Assembly: GCA_002269645.1 (NCBI GenBank)
Contig: NIVC01000144.1
Coordinates: forward strand, 58,062-122,061
Direction: 5' to 3'
Source of the DNA: Macrostomum lignano
Taxonomy: Eukaryota
Length of the DNA: 64,000 bases
The first letter of the stretch is position 1; every line of letters starts with the position of its first letter. Position numbers and translations under genes: made by a program. The notes beneath the pieces were generated by a model. The model was not told where the DNA came from. It ran no database searches and was given only the letters and a program-made list of their open reading frames with translations. Below are positions 61,723 through 64,000 of this stretch, piece by piece.

Positions 61723-62231
61723 TCACGGACATCTTTTTCTTAAGTTGGCTTCAAACCTCTGTAAGATTCTATCATTCAAATGATTTTTTTCATTAGCATG
61801 CAAATGCTTCAAAATCCCCTCAAATGACCGATTGAACAGAAACTTTTGATAAGCAAAATAGATGCAAAACATTCCGCATTTATTAGAGTTAGCACATTGA
61901 AATCTGTTTAGATTGCTTCGGAGCCAAAAGCCAGTTGTTTTAATCTCTCGAAACAAATTATAAACCAAAGATAAAATTTCAGGTTCCCAGCCGAGGGAGT
62001 TGAACAACTCAATGCGATTTCCTTGCCCAGCATAGCACACCACCCAGTGACCAAATGAGCCATTGTGCTGAAGTAGGACAAAAACAAACTTGTTTTCAAA
62101 GGAAATTGATGATCTAAATTTTTTTACATTCAAGGGCAGAGAATTTTTATAGCGCAAATGTAAAGTAACTATGAGAAATTTTTGGTAAGGCAAAATTTTC
62201 TGGCGAGATTAAGTAGTTAAATTGCATCCAT
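61723..62231 (-). pseudogene. Adenain-type (Ulp1-like) cysteine maturation protease
   Basis: GHWVV (His), LFNSLG (Asp position is Asn), FQ...KCGMFC (Gln, Cys); probable ATG at 62231 followed by TAA at codon 5 and a frameshift. Confidence 0.82.
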
Positions 62232-62236
62232 GTCAA

Positions 62237-63512
62237 TTAAGATGAATAGTCCAGCAAAAGCTCTCGGTGCTTGGTGACCTCAATCAGCGAGTCATACAGG
62301 CACATAGCAATCAGGGACACCGCTTCATTCAGTGCCTGTTGAAGCGAATTCCAGCCGCAGGTTGCCCTCCTTCTGTCCGTACCACAGAGCCGCTCCCTCT
62401 GGTGTGAGATCGAATGCAAACACCGTGTTGTTGTTGGAGAAGAGCTGGTAGGGGATCCACGGGACCGAATTGCTTGCAGATTGACAGCTTTTCATGTAGT
62501 GCAAGTATTCTCTTACAAAGGAATTGTTTTCAGGTGTGAAGGCGCCGTGGCACACGGTCTCTCCACCTTTCTTTAGAGCCAACCGGCTGAGGTTGAAGCT
62601 CTGGAACTGGAACGGGCTCGCGTGATGATGACCGTTGAATGCTCGGTGGCTCACGAAGGCCAGCATGATGAACTCCGGCAATTTTCCATGAGTGAATCCT
62701 TCAATGTTTTTAGATTGAATGCCCTGGGGTAGGATGAAGTTCTGCATTTCAGTTCGCTCGATGGGATACAGTGCATTTTGGTTTGTTAGCCCCTGCTCGT
62801 GGGCCAGGGTGATGTGGGGCACCACTTTGACTCGGCGAAGATGCAGAATGCTGTGAGAGATTTCCATGCGGTATGCCACGTTGTTTGCATTCGGGGTTCT
62901 GATGGCAAAAGCCCCGTCGCTGGGCACCAGTTTGATGTGCAAGTGCAGATTGCTTAGCAGAAACACTGGGCACTGGAAAACATCGCTGAAGAGCGGCCCC
63001 GCATACTCCATCCATCGGGATTCCCTGTGGCTCTCCGTGTGCTTTTCAGCTGCAGAGTCCGGCTCCAGGAAGCCAGCAGGGTAAAGTTTTAGTTGCTGGC
63101 CATCAGATGAGCTCATTAGTGCTTTGAAGGACGCATGGTAGGGATAGAGCTGGTCTCCACCAGACACCACTCGCTGGTTAATGCTCACAATTACATCTGA
63201 GAAGACTGTAGACAGAACAAAGTTTTCTGGGTGCACATCACTGTCTCTGCGTTCGGTGATGATGCCATCTCCATCTCGAACATCCTCCCTCAGCAAACCC
63301 CCATCCAGTCTCACAAGGCGGCAGCGAATATAAAGAAAAGAATTTAGCAGATCTGTGTATTCATCGGCAGATTGGTGGCAGTCAAATTCAATGGGGGAGT
63401 TTGCAGCAATGGAATTAACTGGGTGAATATCAACACAAGTAGCTTTTTCAATGCAGGTTTGTAGAACGGGCGTCTTAAATAAATCAAGTCGGGGATTGAA
63501 TCCGTAAGCCAT
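62237..63512 (-). pseudogene. Major capsid protein (Polinton/adintovirus double jelly-roll type), frameshifted near 62350
   Basis: LDLFKTPVLQTCIE...HPVN...PIEF...YTDLLNSFLY; AFNGHHHASPFQFQSFNL; C-terminus ALNEAVSLIAMCLYDSLIEVTKHRELLLDY in a second frame. Confidence 0.85.
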
Positions 63513-63514
63513 GT

Positions 63515-64000
63515 CTATGACAGAGAGTCGAGCACGCGTTTCACAGTTTTCTTGCTGACTTTACGCTTTCGCTTTCCTCCGCCTGCTGCATTCTTCTTTG
63601 CTTTCGTCTTCCTATTCTTAAGCTTTTTTCCCACTAGCCTTGCTCGACCTCTTATTGCGATTTCCACCAGTTGCCTTTCGGGTGTGCTTCTTCTTCTTAC
63701 CAAGGTGGCAGCAACCCTACCAAGTCGAGGCTAACGTTTTAGGTTCATTTCAGGCAAATCTATAGGTAGTACAACGGTGCTATCTAGCTTCTTCAGGAGC
63801 AGCGGGTTTTATTTTCCAGGAACATCTTCAAGAACCCGAGAAGGAGAAGTACTTTAAAAGCATCGCCGCCTGGCACCGAGCGGTATGGTATGCCCTACAA
63901 AGTATCCACCAGTCCGGCTGGGCGTATATCAACAGGCGCAGCTACGCTTCGAAGTATGCTGATGGCTGCAGACCTCGGCTGGCCTGTAGAAAATAGTCTG
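63515..64000 (-). pseudogene. Remnant of a basic, Lys/Arg-rich core protein gene upstream of the capsid gene
   Basis: GKKLKNRKTKAKKNAAGGGKRKRKVSKK tail ending 2 nt before the capsid ATG; upstream frames broken. Confidence 0.4.

Larger units (their letters stand above)
54658..64000. mobile_element. Maverick/Polinton (adintovirus-like) endogenous element, left part; extends beyond the window
   Basis: AGTAGT terminus; repeat-rich terminal region; compact intronless cluster of capsid protein, adenain-type protease and packaging ATPase genes. pPolB and integrase are not in the window. Confidence 0.88.

Overview
Eukaryotic (animal) genomic DNA, rich in introns and micro/minisatellites. The style resembles a free-living flatworm such as Macrostomum, but this is inference only. 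Left half (1-37.6 kb): two spliced minus-strand cAMP-signalling genes. One is a Ca2+/calmodulin-dependent phosphodiesterase (PDE1) whose exons can be joined in frame from 16100 off the left edge, with several candidate alternative first exons. The other is a complete 4-exon, 368-aa PKA regulatory-subunit-like gene lacking the N-terminal D/D domain. Their introns are filled with tandem arrays. Right half (38-64 kb): a nest of mobile elements. A Gypsy/Ty3 LTR retrotransposon (39103-54657) interrupts an older gag-like ORF. It carries an RTE-like LINE (43000-46384, 10-bp TSD) in pol and a young Copia element (48830-53489, 5-bp TSD) in an extra non-env ORF3. A Maverick/Polinton (adintovirus-like) element starting AGTAGT at 54658 is inserted 35 bp into the Gypsy 3' LTR. 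The Maverick encodes decayed capsid, protease, packaging ATPase and core genes. It also carries an exonuclease-like ORF, a Zn-binding/Gln-rich ORF and an intact, intronless, divergent TATA-binding-protein (TBP) homolog, which is the most interesting signal in the window. No database searches were run; family calls come from recognised motifs.
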